A stretch of 64,000 nucleotides of DNA from Pseudomonadota bacterium (GCA_018823135.1 JAHJJF010000097.1:1767-65766), one strand, 5' to 3'; numbered from the stretch's first letter, positions 10,201 through 18,993 are shown. Numbers and translations: made by a program. Notes: generated by a model not told the origin, from the letters alone.

Positions 10201-13200
10201 ATTGATGAAACAGGGTTTAAATTCCAGCGCTGTACCGGCGTCGGGTGTACATTCTCTGCATCTGATCCGTTTATTCTTGTCCCGGCACATCCGGGCACCG
10301 GTGTTGTAACATTCAATGACATCCGGCGCACGCCCAATGAAAGCTATACCTATCAGGTTCAGGCCTACAAGAGCTCAACCTGCAACTGGTCAACCGGTTT
10401 TTCAAATCCATTTACCATTACAACCAATATTGCCGGTTCAATTACCCTTGATACGCAAACAGTCAATACCACTCGAAGCTATCTGCACTGGAATGATATC
10501 CGGACCAAAGAAACCACCATGTTTGTGGAACGGTGCACCGGTGCTTCCTGCGTTAATTTTGCTCAAATTTACGGGGTGGATGCAATCGATGACACCCTGC
10601 AGGCGAATTTCTATTATGACGACACAACCCTTTGCCCTGCCGAGACGTACAAATATCGTGTAAAGGGAGTGGACCAGGATTTTGAAAACGGCATGGGCGG
10701 CTGTTGGACCAAACGCAAACAGATGACCATTTCGCAGTTCCAGCCGGAGAGCCTTGTTGAGGTAAAGATCAATTATCTCACTGGCATGCAGGCGGATTTC
10801 GATGATCTGCGATTCTATAAGTTCAACGATTATAATTCTACCGGCAGGAACGGTGAGGTTATTCCGTACATGCTGATCAAGAAGGTCAACAATTCATACG
10901 CAAAAGTGCTTCTGAAAACCCCGGCCAACGGCAATGATATTTACATGTATTACGGTAATGCCAGCGCCATAGCTGTTGATAAACAGGTTTTTATTGCCAG
11001 GTATTTTACGTTTTATCATGATTTTCCCGGGAGTACCGAAGACACCACCAACATCTGGGATATCGCACGAAGCGGGTCAGATTATGGAGAGGTCTGGCAG
11101 GATAATGGACTCTATTTTCAAAAAGTGAATGTCAGCTGGGAAGCACTTGTTTCAAAACAGACTTTCGCCAGGAATGTACAAGACCTGACAATGTATGTCC
11201 GGATGTATTACCGAGGTGGTGGCGAATGGTATTTCGGCTTTCAGAAAAACCAGGGAGCGACAACCAATACAGATGCCTTTGCCCATGGAGTATATATGGG
11301 GTTTGGGGCTGCCACGGCAATACGTGAAGGGACTGGCTCATACAGCCTTACCCCTGCAATTTCGGTGGATTCAACTTTTGGTGTTGAGTACGACTTTAAA
11401 ATCACTGCAAATAAGAACGGTGGGGCAACGTATTACTTAAAGGGTGGTGAAGGAACGTCAAAATATTATGCAGACTGGACCCTGCTCAAGGATACAACCG
11501 GCAGTTTTGCACCAAAGATTTCAAATACCCCCTTGAAAATCAGCCTGTTGCAATACACCAGTTTTCTCATGATTTACGATGTCAGTCTTACCAATTATGG
11601 TCTCTATAAGTCTGATGTTGTTTTAGCAGATATGCCGGATGATCCGTGCTTTGTCATGCCCCATGAATGGGATACTGCATATAGCCCGATTATGACTGTT
11701 GTGGCTGGCAGCAAGGTTACTCCGAGTCTCCTTGACGGCAACGCCATTTCCGAATCGGAAATGGAGCTTACTGTTTCCGATGCCAATCTTGCGGAATCCG
11801 GCTTTGATATTCAATACTGCCAGGGTGATATTGCCACGCTTGAATGCCAGAACCAGGGTGATTTCACCTATCTGGCGACAATTGGCAGTTCGCCGCTGGT
11901 GCATTTGAAATTCGATAATGATTTTACCAACAGTGAAAACAATACCTATCATGGATCAGCGGAGAATTCGGTTCCTTTTAACGGTGGTGGAAAATTCGGC
12001 AGTGCTGCGGCCTTTGACAGTACCGGTTATGTATCTCTTGGCACTCCACAAGGGCTGAAACTGTATAAAGATAACGCCTTTACACTGGAAGGCTGGTTCA
12101 GACCTTCGGTTAATGTTCAAAATATGATCGACCTTTATCCGCTGTTTATATTTAAACGGAATTATCTACATGGCGGTTACGGAAGCCATTTCAGCAAATC
12201 CAACGGCAAGATTAATGTCCAGTATTGTTGGGAGGGCAGCTGTCTAGGTGTATCTTCAACTACAGTTTTCATGGCAAACACCTGGTATCACTATGCAGGA
12301 ACCTTTGACGGCACCACCCTGAAATTGTATATCAATGGGGTCTTGGAGGGTTCTCTTGCAGCGACAATACCTATGGGGTCCAGTGAAGGATATCGGCTGA
12401 CCATTGGTGAGAATTTTGAAGGGCTTATAGATGATGTTGCGATTTATAATCGGGCACTTTCCTCTGCTGAAATCCTTGATCATATGAATAAAGGCGTTGG
12501 CACGCGATATGTGCATACAGGTCTTGAGCTGTCAACACCTTATACTTACCAGATAAGGGCAAACAAGGTTGCCACTCATCTTGAAACATGTACGGATGAC
12601 TGGCCTACGGCATACAGTGCCAAGATGACGGCAAAAACCGATGAGCCACCCGCGCCGATTAATTTCAGATTCACCGTGCCGAACACGACGCAGATCAATC
12701 TGCAATGGGATGATAAGGCCGGTTCAAATTCCGGATATGTCCTTGAGAGGGAAGTATATAATTCATCTGTCTGGAATTTTGTCGCCAGCCTTGAAGGAGA
12801 CGTTGGAAGTTTTAACGATTCCCAGGTTTGCAAGAACACTCAGTACAATTATCGATTGAGGCTGATCTATGAATCTTTTGAAATGGCGGACAAGTTCGAT
12901 AATACCGGCGCCGGGGAGTGGAGACGGAAAAAACCTCTCACATTCCAGAATTTCGCGGCAAATCACGCGACAAAAGTAATAATAACCCGCGATGATTATA
13001 TACGGACGGATTTTGGTGATATACGGTTCTATGATGAGACAACAGGTACGAAAATTCCATACTGGATAGAAAGCATAAGCGGCAATACCGCAGTGGTCTG
13101 GTTCAAACCCGGGGTTAACAACACCATCAGCCTCTATTACGATAACCCCGGTGCTACAAGTGAAAGTAGCGGACCTGGAACATTTCTGTTTTTTGATAAT

Positions 13201-16200
13201 TTTGACGGCACGGCCCTTGATGTGTCAAAATGGCCGGGGCATGCAGGTGAAACAGTATCCGGCGGCGTTGTGACCCTTGATTACCAGACAAACAGCCAGG
13301 CATCCTCTGAAGATTATATATATGCGAGTAATTATAACGTGCCGATTAATACTATTACAGAATTCCGTAATAAATCTTCAGCTACCACCACCCATAATCG
13401 GTTCGGAATAACCGACACAAGAACAACATTCAATCTCAATTCCATCAATTATATTGGATTTCAACTTTACAGCGGCCCCACCATGTATACCGATATCAAT
13501 AACGGCGGCACAAGAACTGAAACCAATCGAGGCGCTTTTGATACCTCATGGCATACGTATAAGCTCGTCTGGACCCCGGCATCAGTTAAATATTATCAGG
13601 ATACAACCCTGATCGGTGAATATACTACCAATATCCCAACTTCCACCGACACTCTGCATCCTTTACTACGTGATCAGTCACAGACTGACTGGGTGAGAGT
13701 TCGAAATTATCTTGTAACCGAACCCACCGTGGGAGTTGGAGTAGAGGAAGTAGCACCTGATCTCTGGGAACCGTTGACATTGACCTCCACGGAGCTTGAT
13801 CTTCCGCCGGCGCAAACCCCTGATGTTATTGAGCCACTCCTGTATTCTCCGGAAGTAGCATTTGCCGGGGCCGGTGGCGAAGTCTGGGAGTGGCGCAAAT
13901 TGTTGACCATCTCCAATTTCAGGACTGATTTCCAGACAAAGATCGTTGTGCAGCATGCTACCGGCATGCGCGCTGATTTCAGTGATGTCCGGTTCTATCA
14001 GTTTGATAATAATACGGAGACCACCGGTCATGACATCGAATACTGGCTGGAAAAGAAAACCGATGGCAGCAGCGCCACCTTCTGGATCAAGACCGGGGCC
14101 TCAAAAGACCGGATATATATGTATTACGGCAATCCCAATGCGGTGAGCACCAGCACCACCAATCCTGGGAATATCTTTCTGTTTTTTGACGATTTTGACG
14201 ATGGGGTCATTGATAATGCCAAATGGCCGACGCAGGTTCTTGGCACCTCGATTTCTGAAAGTATTGATGATGGTGAACTGCGGATGAATCGGGTAACAGG
14301 AAGCACCAGCGCCAATTATATCCAGAGTGCGGCATATACTGCCGCGAACCTGCCGTTGGTTGTTTCGGCAAAGACCCGGACCTTGACTGCGCCGGCAAAT
14401 GGCTGGTCGCCGGTCATGTGGTGGCAATCCACCGGTAATGGCGCAAGCATTCTGGATCAAAACGGCACTGGTGGAGGCAGACAGTATGTAAGAAATTTCG
14501 GGCAGTCTCTGGATATGGGACAGAACAAACCGTTAAGCGAATACCATGTGAACAGTCTGGTGCTGAGTTCTGCAACCGACTGGACCGCAACGACGGAATA
14601 TGTCACGACAACATCGGCAAACTGGTCGGCATATTATAATAATTATACATTCTCAGGCACATATTATATCAAAATCGGTCCGCGTCATGATAATGCTAAT
14701 TACAATCAGGCCATGGATGGGCGTGTCGATTGGGTGCTTGTCCGTAAATATGCGGCCACCGAACCATCGATCAGCTTCGGAACTCCATTCTTTGTCGAAG
14801 CTGTAAGAAGGAAATCTGAATCAAGGGTCAATCTGCAATGGCAATGGAATGATCTGGTGTCTGATGAAACCGGTTTCCAGATCGAACGCTGTATCGGCGT
14901 TAATAGCAACTGTCAGATAATCCCGACCCAGGCAAACAGGTTTTACTATACGGATATATCTATTGAACCCAACACCAATTACTGTTATCGGGTCCGGGCG
15001 GTAAAGAGCGCTTATTGCGGCTGGCATACCGATCCTGCTGATGGATACAGCAATCAGATGTGTGTTGATACCATCTTGAATCCGCCGGTCTTGAACAGTG
15101 TTGCCCCCGTGCCTTTAAGCACCACGGATATGCGTCTTGACTGGACCGAAGGACAGGGCACGGAAGCGGAATCCGGATACCGGTTTTTCAGATGTCTTGA
15201 TAACGGCTCGAGCAATTGCGTCAATGATAATCCGGCCACGAATGCCGATTACCAGAATATCACCGCAACGGCAGGTTTTTCCGGATCGAATATCAATTCC
15301 TGGGTGGATACCACCGCCTGTTCTGATAAAACCTATCAATATGTTGTCGGTTCATTCAGCGCCGACACCACAGGAACGCTGTTCGGCGGCGGCTGGAAAC
15401 ATCGCAGGCAATTGCTGTTCAATAACTCTGCTCGGCCATTTGTGTCGAATCACCACACCCGTCTGGTGGTTTACTATGATGAAACAATGCGCACGGATTT
15501 TAATGATCTGCGCTTCTATGATGAAATCGCCCATGCGCAGATTCCTCACTGGACGGAAAGCACGGTGTCGGGAAATTATGCTGTTGTCTGGCTCAAAACG
15601 GGACAGAATAACGAAATCAGCATGTATTACGGTAATCCATCCGCAGCAAATGGATCAAGCAATCCCAGCACGTTTTTCAAATACTATAACGCCAATATCG
15701 AACAGACCGGGCTGATAAATCAGGACCTGCAAAACGCTGAGGGGTATGTGCTGGAGGCAAATGTTGCCCGAAGAAGCGCGTATTCCTACGGCTGTAATAT
15801 CGTATTCAACCAAACCGGTAACGGCTCAGAGAGATCGTTAATCCAGCATAATCTCAGAAGATACGATTATGATTCTGCCAATACCAGAATAACAGCGAAG
15901 GATTCAACCGCTACGGCAGCAATATCAGATGCGAGAGATGTATTTTATCGATGGATTATTAAAGTATACGATACGGATGGCGACGGAATAAACAGTGATT
16001 GGGAATTTCTTTTTGACAACTATTTGAATAAAGTCAATTTCGGGACCAGTTATTCACCTTTGTCATATACCCACGGCACGATAATTCTGGGCTCAAATGA
16101 TGCTTCCTACAGTCAACGTTGCAGTTATACCAATGTAAAAGTTCGTTCCTATGCCCCAACTGAACCCGACGTCACCTTCGGTGAAGACGAGGCTGCGCCG

Positions 16201-18960
16201 CATAGCGCCTGGGGCCCTGAATACAGTAATTCATTGTCCAACCATACACCGCGCTGGAAGATTCCAACGATTCTTGCCGAGCCTGATTCCAGACTCTTTT
16301 CCGAAGGCCAGATTCTGGTTTCCTGGCGAGATACAAATCCGGATGAAACCCATTTCAATATCTACCGGGGCGATGAGAACTGCCAGAATTTCACGGTTAA
16401 TCCCATCGGTACGGTGCCCGGCACCGGTGTTGATAATGACCTGCATGTTTATCTGGATAAGGGAACTGATATCGATGCGACCTACGGTCTCATTTACAAC
16501 ACGACCTATTGTTACCGGGTGACCGCTGCAAAATCGGTATTCTGTGACTGGGAATCAGAACCCACCGATCCAACGGTGAGCATTACCACCACGATACCGA
16601 AACCGGGGACACCGCAACTTACCCTGTTTGATACCACGACTATCGATCTTGCCTGGGATGATACCACAACAACCGAGGATATCTTCCAGATCTGGCGTTG
16701 TGAAGGGGATCAAGTGACATGTACAGGTATAGATGATCCGGGCCAGCCTTTTGGTGCAAGTCCTGTAATAACCTATTCAGGAAGTGTTCATAAGCCGTCA
16801 AAAGAAAGGCTCTTTAACCGCGACCCCGGAGTCTGCCCAGGTCACACCTATACCTATATCATCAGGGCGGTCAGAAGCGGTCATTGGAATACGGACAGCG
16901 ATCCTGCCGGCATTCAGACTAATGATGAAATCGTCCCGGCAAACCTTTCTCTTGTCGAGGTCTATGATCCAAATTTTAATCAGCGGCGCATAGATCTTCG
17001 CTGGTCGGACACCAACTCGGATGAATCCGGATTTTACATTGAACGATGCAAGGTAACGGTTGACGAGGATTGTGATGCTGCTACCGGCAATTATACCTCG
17101 GTAAATTCCTATTCAAATTACTTTGATACCTTTGACACTGTCGATGCTAATTTCTGGAATGGATATATTCTGCTGCCGGTGGAAAATGCCGTTCCTCCAA
17201 CTCCCTGGACCGCGATTACTCTGCCCAAGACGCAGCGTAACGACATCTCCGGATTGGTATCCATGGAACATAAAGACCAGCGGATTATCATGAAGGCCAC
17301 CTCCACTGATAACAATGATGGATACACCAACCTGACCGGCTATAATCAAACATTCATGGGAATGGATTATCCCTGGTATCTGGGAATCTATGATATTGAC
17401 GTGAGTTTTGACTGGGAAATGCTTGATGTTGCCTACTCCTACATAACAGACGGCCAGATAGTCCATTTTAATATGGACGATGCAGTCTGGGCGGCTGCAG
17501 GAGATGTGAAAGACAGTTCGCATACCGGCAATCAAGGAACTGCCAATGCTGGTGCAACCCAGGTTGCCGGCGGTTATGACGGAACCGGCAAAGCCGCATC
17601 ATTTAATGGATCAAACAATATATCGTGGAATTATGCAGGAGGCACTCCCCAGACTAATTTCACCATTGCCGCCTGGGTCAAGGCAACCGAGGGGCATCAG
17701 ATTGACGATCCGCAGAGTAATACCGGGACCCTGGGCACCGCCGGGCAGAAGTATCTCTTTGATGCCCAGTTTTATGCCACAGGTGCTGGCCTGGGGGTTT
17801 CCGTGGGTATCGATGGTATATCCGTATATGCCCATGGTTCCGGGTATCTGCCGCCACTGGCTGTGTACAGCGGCGCTCTCGGTACGGATTGGCACCATAT
17901 CGCAATTGTTGTGGCAAACCGCATACCGTCAATTTACCTTGATGGCAATCTGGTGAGAACCGGCCTGCAATCCACAAAATCCCCTTTGTATGCGCCTCAG
18001 AGAATAGCTGCCAATGCATACGGCAATTTCAAAGGCCAGGTTGATGATGTTAAGGTTTTCAATAGAAATCTCACCGCAGATGAGATCAAGCAGCTCCATC
18101 ATCCTGAAAATTCATCCACCACCCAATATCCTCTCCGTTTATACGTTCATTTTGTTTCCGGCGACTATATAATTATAGATCGTGCGGTTGATTTCAACAC
18201 CGGCGGGTTTTTCTGGTGGAGAATTAACACCAACGGGATTGATCATGACGGAGCGGAGGCTACACGGTTTACTTCGGGAAAATTCAGAATGACCCGCCAG
18301 GGCACGAACCTTTCTCTCTATGTCTGGAAGGATAATGCCTGGTACCTGCTGATGACCCGAACCGATGCCAATGAAGGCGATGTCGCCAATGCATTTGAAA
18401 TACATCAGTATGCAAAAAGAGATGGAATTATCTCCATGACCACGGCTATCGATAATTTCAAAATGAATAATAATGCGATGCCGAACCTCACCTATTCCGA
18501 TACAGATGCCCTTGATCCACTCAGCACCTATTATTACCGGGTCCGGCCGTTTAAAACCCATCCGGGCGGATGTTCGGAATGGAATGCCTGGGATAATGTT
18601 CAGTTGCCGTCTTCGAGTGAATTGACCAACCTCGCCGCTCCTGCAAACCTTTTTGCCAGCCCTGACGGTTCGAAAAAGATGCTTTTGAGCTGGGACAGCA
18701 ATGTGGAAGGTGAAACAGGTTATTTAATTGAACGAAAGCTGTTTAACGGTGTGTTCAAGGAGATCGGCACAGCTGGCCAGGATGTTACAAGCTATATTGA
18801 CCGGGTCGGCCTTAGTGCAGATACGCAATATACCTATAGAATCCGGGCCGTTAATGATGTTGATATTGTTTATTCGCCTTACAGCAATGAGTACAGCGCG
18901 ACAACAAACATTCATGGAGCGCAATGGGTTGATAATTCCACCTGCCTGCCCGATGAATAG
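4264..18960 (+). CDS. Giant (about 4,900 aa) secreted/lipoprotein-like surface protein with 2 SBBP beta-propellers, at least 15 FN3-like modules, 3 LamG_3-like lectin domains and 4 DUF2341 modules
   Basis: This is a single uninterrupted 14.7-kb ORF. Candidate starts are 4264, 4279 (TGATG overlap with the cytochrome stop), 4348 and 4432. The signal is MSRYFSAIILVLLLGC, with a lipobox-like LLGC at Cys72 (4477-4479). Two blocks of 8 SBBP-type repeats lie at about 4552-5845(+6300-6330) and 6691-8100; each repeat has the form ..D..GN.Y.TGY....DF.T.KY. FN3-like modules have the pattern W.D....E.GF..ERC...C....Y.D......Y.YRV.A. LamG_3-like domains lie at about 8932-9592, 11899-12490 and 17461-18100, with the patterns VH.K....W..VDSSGN.H.G and F.G.ID.V.IYNRAL...EI. 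DUF2341-like modules lie at about 10704-10970, 12918-13155, 13885-14142 and 15394-15646, with the pattern W..RK.L.......DF.D.RFY......IPYW.E......VW.K......I.MYYGNP. I recognised no catalytic motif. Confidence 0.9.
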   Translation: MVFALMAEAKETFTLFAAGKTIMNGMYSMSSKKRFISRLPVIGKLFCVVGRCFTRRMSRYFSAIILVLLLGCFQNASGEGGEVLNRFSYLLSGKQEAVAVAVDTDGSMVITGYTQPTPADNQDFFTIKVNPDTTGLEGLAWSAPATFDLTGGDDYAVDVVIDHQHNIIVVGAAYNGTNFDFQTIKYCGNSIDPVTFCKGKQPGQVIWQHTYNYSTNGNDYPVQVAVDVNNNIYVGGYTHGLTGNDDFLVIKYSKDGPIGNKPSFIRPYNNNTANDHDRINSIAVSAGEPIYIAATGISDNDPDIVTTDFDYLTVKYDSELKVLWAKLHDGGSGDDHALVVKIDTENDVIVTGHISNGTDDEMFTIKYLGEIDPPPIDWTTGYDSMFSGGADKPNDIIIDSANNVYITGTTWTLEGATDFFTAKYYGDSSNSLRGQRAWPEEMIFDSGNGSADTAPAMVIDDNSVYVTGYMMNAASNYDFLTIKYDLVNGNEIWTKMFDGPANADDKSVGLGLSESGKFYVAGWSNKSPSFTDGLASNASGSTTVIEDSTKNWSVNQWAGLSVKVTSGTNIGVSRQIASNTQTSLTVATVLPSPVVTGDTYYIFFKADNASAGSTDRIIIDTDYNWPNNLFAGYYVYITSGTHNGLSRQIQSNTSNTLTLVTPFPNGDPVAAGVSYYILDPSNFDFQAIQYDPGVINTPTSLRLSLIGQSDTDVKVQWDINSTNEDGFQVFRKLCLDPLYPENPHATVGQGVSYFDDSPSISPALEADKKYCYQVRAFGYDPDDLEEPYDILNYSHFSNEAGILTTNIKNDDPVWIYKYIGPGEDKANAIAVGPDLNPVITGYSYSTSGTFDYFTARLNYTNASEIWTHRYDDAFNESDEAQSIIIDSNNNPVVSGYSSLSGSGPSNTFDFYTVKYYSNFNNSVPPRAVDSGNKPKWKDAYDGPGNKDDRVTAIAKAKDASDNIVIIGYGRNASVNDDIFLIKYLANGTRAWATVDHPEYALQVWDVAGLDDKPVAVVFDYNGDILIAGRAKHAHAATHGNTDFDIVVRKYSGVDGTPMWSVVYDSAFGDDEGADIAVDTLNNVYVTGYVSTESQGEDIFLTKYCGNSDPENNCGAGLVQGDEIWARPYTGSGAGDDFGVGVAVDISDEVEEVVVGGTTFIGAGNNDFFVMRYDLDGNNVWNIPRILDRQATNDSVVSMKMDVSGNVYLGGNTNDSGSSDILAVIYDYVGEWKGGTIYDGLSSNDDGAKSVAVSRVGNAYVAGYTHNGSNYDYVAIEFIGEILQAPAPFTLTAYYTYVDLNWANNTLEDGIGDGYNLERQNVDCNTAKLGGAWTLVSGDTIPLAQTSYRDTGLTIEDTYCYRIQTVCDNGEMSRWIYRTIDTVHPPAPDALSASIDDSTTVTLTWIDTIADEDSYAVQRCDQSLYNCLDPAPDDDSPVDARYEVLIDSLPPGTHTYTDPTACSGKTYTYRIQGALNGFWTSYFVYLVDVQATPFATPTVVSAIAQSEGRIDLTWTDTNTDETSFKIYRCLGLGCDPDQDGALLPVDLTGSNIPAGSIVHMKMNESWSPGVADMVVDSSGNNHHGTAYGNASGGFFDGVDDYVSLGDIDALDAPAALSVEIWFKKTGEMGSATNHLVNNVLIAQSSDAANDNLEIGIQGNSIEFYLDTEQERNFNVRVESGTAADTGITLEPDTWYHLVLTYDKDAADGNETKLYFQGALLGQWNTGGGYLTSSDTSPLTIGMARPDGSNWGDFKGAINQLTIYDHAITLAEVQNSYANGLPAIPTFYSDFPLNPNAHYNYEVMAYKIAAGSPECPTGWETDPDLGGTAGDESADIFTPGVPNAPTNISVTTNAVDRTSRIDITWNDNTEFEEGFILERCVGGLAVCTPAAFVLDPVFGVSGVGVTLAMEAETYSDTTVCNNTEYTYRVKAIRPSDPSWLSGSAYTEPYDSDATNTINNPTGLSASYVNEEEIRLTWTDNSIDETGFKFQRCTGVGCTFSASDPFILVPAHPGTGVVTFNDIRRTPNESYTYQVQAYKSSTCNWSTGFSNPFTITTNIAGSITLDTQTVNTTRSYLHWNDIRTKETTMFVERCTGASCVNFAQIYGVDAIDDTLQANFYYDDTTLCPAETYKYRVKGVDQDFENGMGGCWTKRKQMTISQFQPESLVEVKINYLTGMQADFDDLRFYKFNDYNSTGRNGEVIPYMLIKKVNNSYAKVLLKTPANGNDIYMYYGNASAIAVDKQVFIARYFTFYHDFPGSTEDTTNIWDIARSGSDYGEVWQDNGLYFQKVNVSWEALVSKQTFARNVQDLTMYVRMYYRGGGEWYFGFQKNQGATTNTDAFAHGVYMGFGAATAIREGTGSYSLTPAISVDSTFGVEYDFKITANKNGGATYYLKGGEGTSKYYADWTLLKDTTGSFAPKISNTPLKISLLQYTSFLMIYDVSLTNYGLYKSDVVLADMPDDPCFVMPHEWDTAYSPIMTVVAGSKVTPSLLDGNAISESEMELTVSDANLAESGFDIQYCQGDIATLECQNQGDFTYLATIGSSPLVHLKFDNDFTNSENNTYHGSAENSVPFNGGGKFGSAAAFDSTGYVSLGTPQGLKLYKDNAFTLEGWFRPSVNVQNMIDLYPLFIFKRNYLHGGYGSHFSKSNGKINVQYCWEGSCLGVSSTTVFMANTWYHYAGTFDGTTLKLYINGVLEGSLAATIPMGSSEGYRLTIGENFEGLIDDVAIYNRALSSAEILDHMNKGVGTRYVHTGLELSTPYTYQIRANKVATHLETCTDDWPTAYSAKMTAKTDEPPAPINFRFTVPNTTQINLQWDDKAGSNSGYVLEREVYNSSVWNFVASLEGDVGSFNDSQVCKNTQYNYRLRLIYESFEMADKFDNTGAGEWRRKKPLTFQNFAANHATKVIITRDDYIRTDFGDIRFYDETTGTKIPYWIESISGNTAVVWFKPGVNNTISLYYDNPGATSESSGPGTFLFFDNFDGTALDVSKWPGHAGETVSGGVVTLDYQTNSQASSEDYIYASNYNVPINTITEFRNKSSATTTHNRFGITDTRTTFNLNSINYIGFQLYSGPTMYTDINNGGTRTETNRGAFDTSWHTYKLVWTPASVKYYQDTTLIGEYTTNIPTSTDTLHPLLRDQSQTDWVRVRNYLVTEPTVGVGVEEVAPDLWEPLTLTSTELDLPPAQTPDVIEPLLYSPEVAFAGAGGEVWEWRKLLTISNFRTDFQTKIVVQHATGMRADFSDVRFYQFDNNTETTGHDIEYWLEKKTDGSSATFWIKTGASKDRIYMYYGNPNAVSTSTTNPGNIFLFFDDFDDGVIDNAKWPTQVLGTSISESIDDGELRMNRVTGSTSANYIQSAAYTAANLPLVVSAKTRTLTAPANGWSPVMWWQSTGNGASILDQNGTGGGRQYVRNFGQSLDMGQNKPLSEYHVNSLVLSSATDWTATTEYVTTTSANWSAYYNNYTFSGTYYIKIGPRHDNANYNQAMDGRVDWVLVRKYAATEPSISFGTPFFVEAVRRKSESRVNLQWQWNDLVSDETGFQIERCIGVNSNCQIIPTQANRFYYTDISIEPNTNYCYRVRAVKSAYCGWHTDPADGYSNQMCVDTILNPPVLNSVAPVPLSTTDMRLDWTEGQGTEAESGYRFFRCLDNGSSNCVNDNPATNADYQNITATAGFSGSNINSWVDTTACSDKTYQYVVGSFSADTTGTLFGGGWKHRRQLLFNNSARPFVSNHHTRLVVYYDETMRTDFNDLRFYDEIAHAQIPHWTESTVSGNYAVVWLKTGQNNEISMYYGNPSAANGSSNPSTFFKYYNANIEQTGLINQDLQNAEGYVLEANVARRSAYSYGCNIVFNQTGNGSERSLIQHNLRRYDYDSANTRITAKDSTATAAISDARDVFYRWIIKVYDTDGDGINSDWEFLFDNYLNKVNFGTSYSPLSYTHGTIILGSNDASYSQRCSYTNVKVRSYAPTEPDVTFGEDEAAPHSAWGPEYSNSLSNHTPRWKIPTILAEPDSRLFSEGQILVSWRDTNPDETHFNIYRGDENCQNFTVNPIGTVPGTGVDNDLHVYLDKGTDIDATYGLIYNTTYCYRVTAAKSVFCDWESEPTDPTVSITTTIPKPGTPQLTLFDTTTIDLAWDDTTTTEDIFQIWRCEGDQVTCTGIDDPGQPFGASPVITYSGSVHKPSKERLFNRDPGVCPGHTYTYIIRAVRSGHWNTDSDPAGIQTNDEIVPANLSLVEVYDPNFNQRRIDLRWSDTNSDESGFYIERCKVTVDEDCDAATGNYTSVNSYSNYFDTFDTVDANFWNGYILLPVENAVPPTPWTAITLPKTQRNDISGLVSMEHKDQRIIMKATSTDNNDGYTNLTGYNQTFMGMDYPWYLGIYDIDVSFDWEMLDVAYSYITDGQIVHFNMDDAVWAAAGDVKDSSHTGNQGTANAGATQVAGGYDGTGKAASFNGSNNISWNYAGGTPQTNFTIAAWVKATEGHQIDDPQSNTGTLGTAGQKYLFDAQFYATGAGLGVSVGIDGISVYAHGSGYLPPLAVYSGALGTDWHHIAIVVANRIPSIYLDGNLVRTGLQSTKSPLYAPQRIAANAYGNFKGQVDDVKVFNRNLTADEIKQLHHPENSSTTQYPLRLYVHFVSGDYIIIDRAVDFNTGGFFWWRINTNGIDHDGAEATRFTSGKFRMTRQGTNLSLYVWKDNAWYLLMTRTDANEGDVANAFEIHQYAKRDGIISMTTAIDNFKMNNNAMPNLTYSDTDALDPLSTYYYRVRPFKTHPGGCSEWNAWDNVQLPSSSELTNLAAPANLFASPDGSKKMLLSWDSNVEGETGYLIERKLFNGVFKEIGTAGQDVTSYIDRVGLSADTQYTYRIRAVNDVDIVYSPYSNEYSATTNIHGAQWVDNSTCLPDE
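5894..6300 (+). repeat. Two tandem copies of the same ~60-aa module found in the cytochrome, inserted into the last repeat of propeller 1
   Basis: The two copies are IEDSTKNWSVNQWAGLSVKVTSGTNIGVSRQIASNTQTSLTVATVLPSPVVTGDTYYIF and IIDTDYNWPNNLFAGYYVYITSGTHNGLSRQIQSNTSNTLTLVTPFPNGDPVAAGVSYYIL. They sit between FYVAGWSNKS and the closing strand NFDFQAIQY of the eighth SBBP repeat. Confidence 0.7.
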
Positions 18961-18993
18961 GCTGGGGTGCAAATAAAATATCAAACCGTAAAA

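Noticed and set aside
4534-18561. Many 60-214 aa ORFs lie antisense or out of frame inside the giant gene. Examples are 5104-5568(-), 6976-7620(-), 9067-9555(-), 15137-15715(+), 17113-17535(-) and 18139-18561(-).
   Set aside because: All are fully embedded in a 14.7-kb ORF whose translation shows coherent repeated domain motifs. Their own translations are low-complexity with no motifs. They are shadow ORFs.
4552-18900. The repetitive FN3, SBBP and DUF2341 architecture might reflect DNA tandem repeats or a CRISPR-like array.
   Set aside because: The repeats are recognisable only at protein level. The nucleotide sequences of the copies are divergent and of unequal length, and there is no short direct repeat-spacer periodicity.
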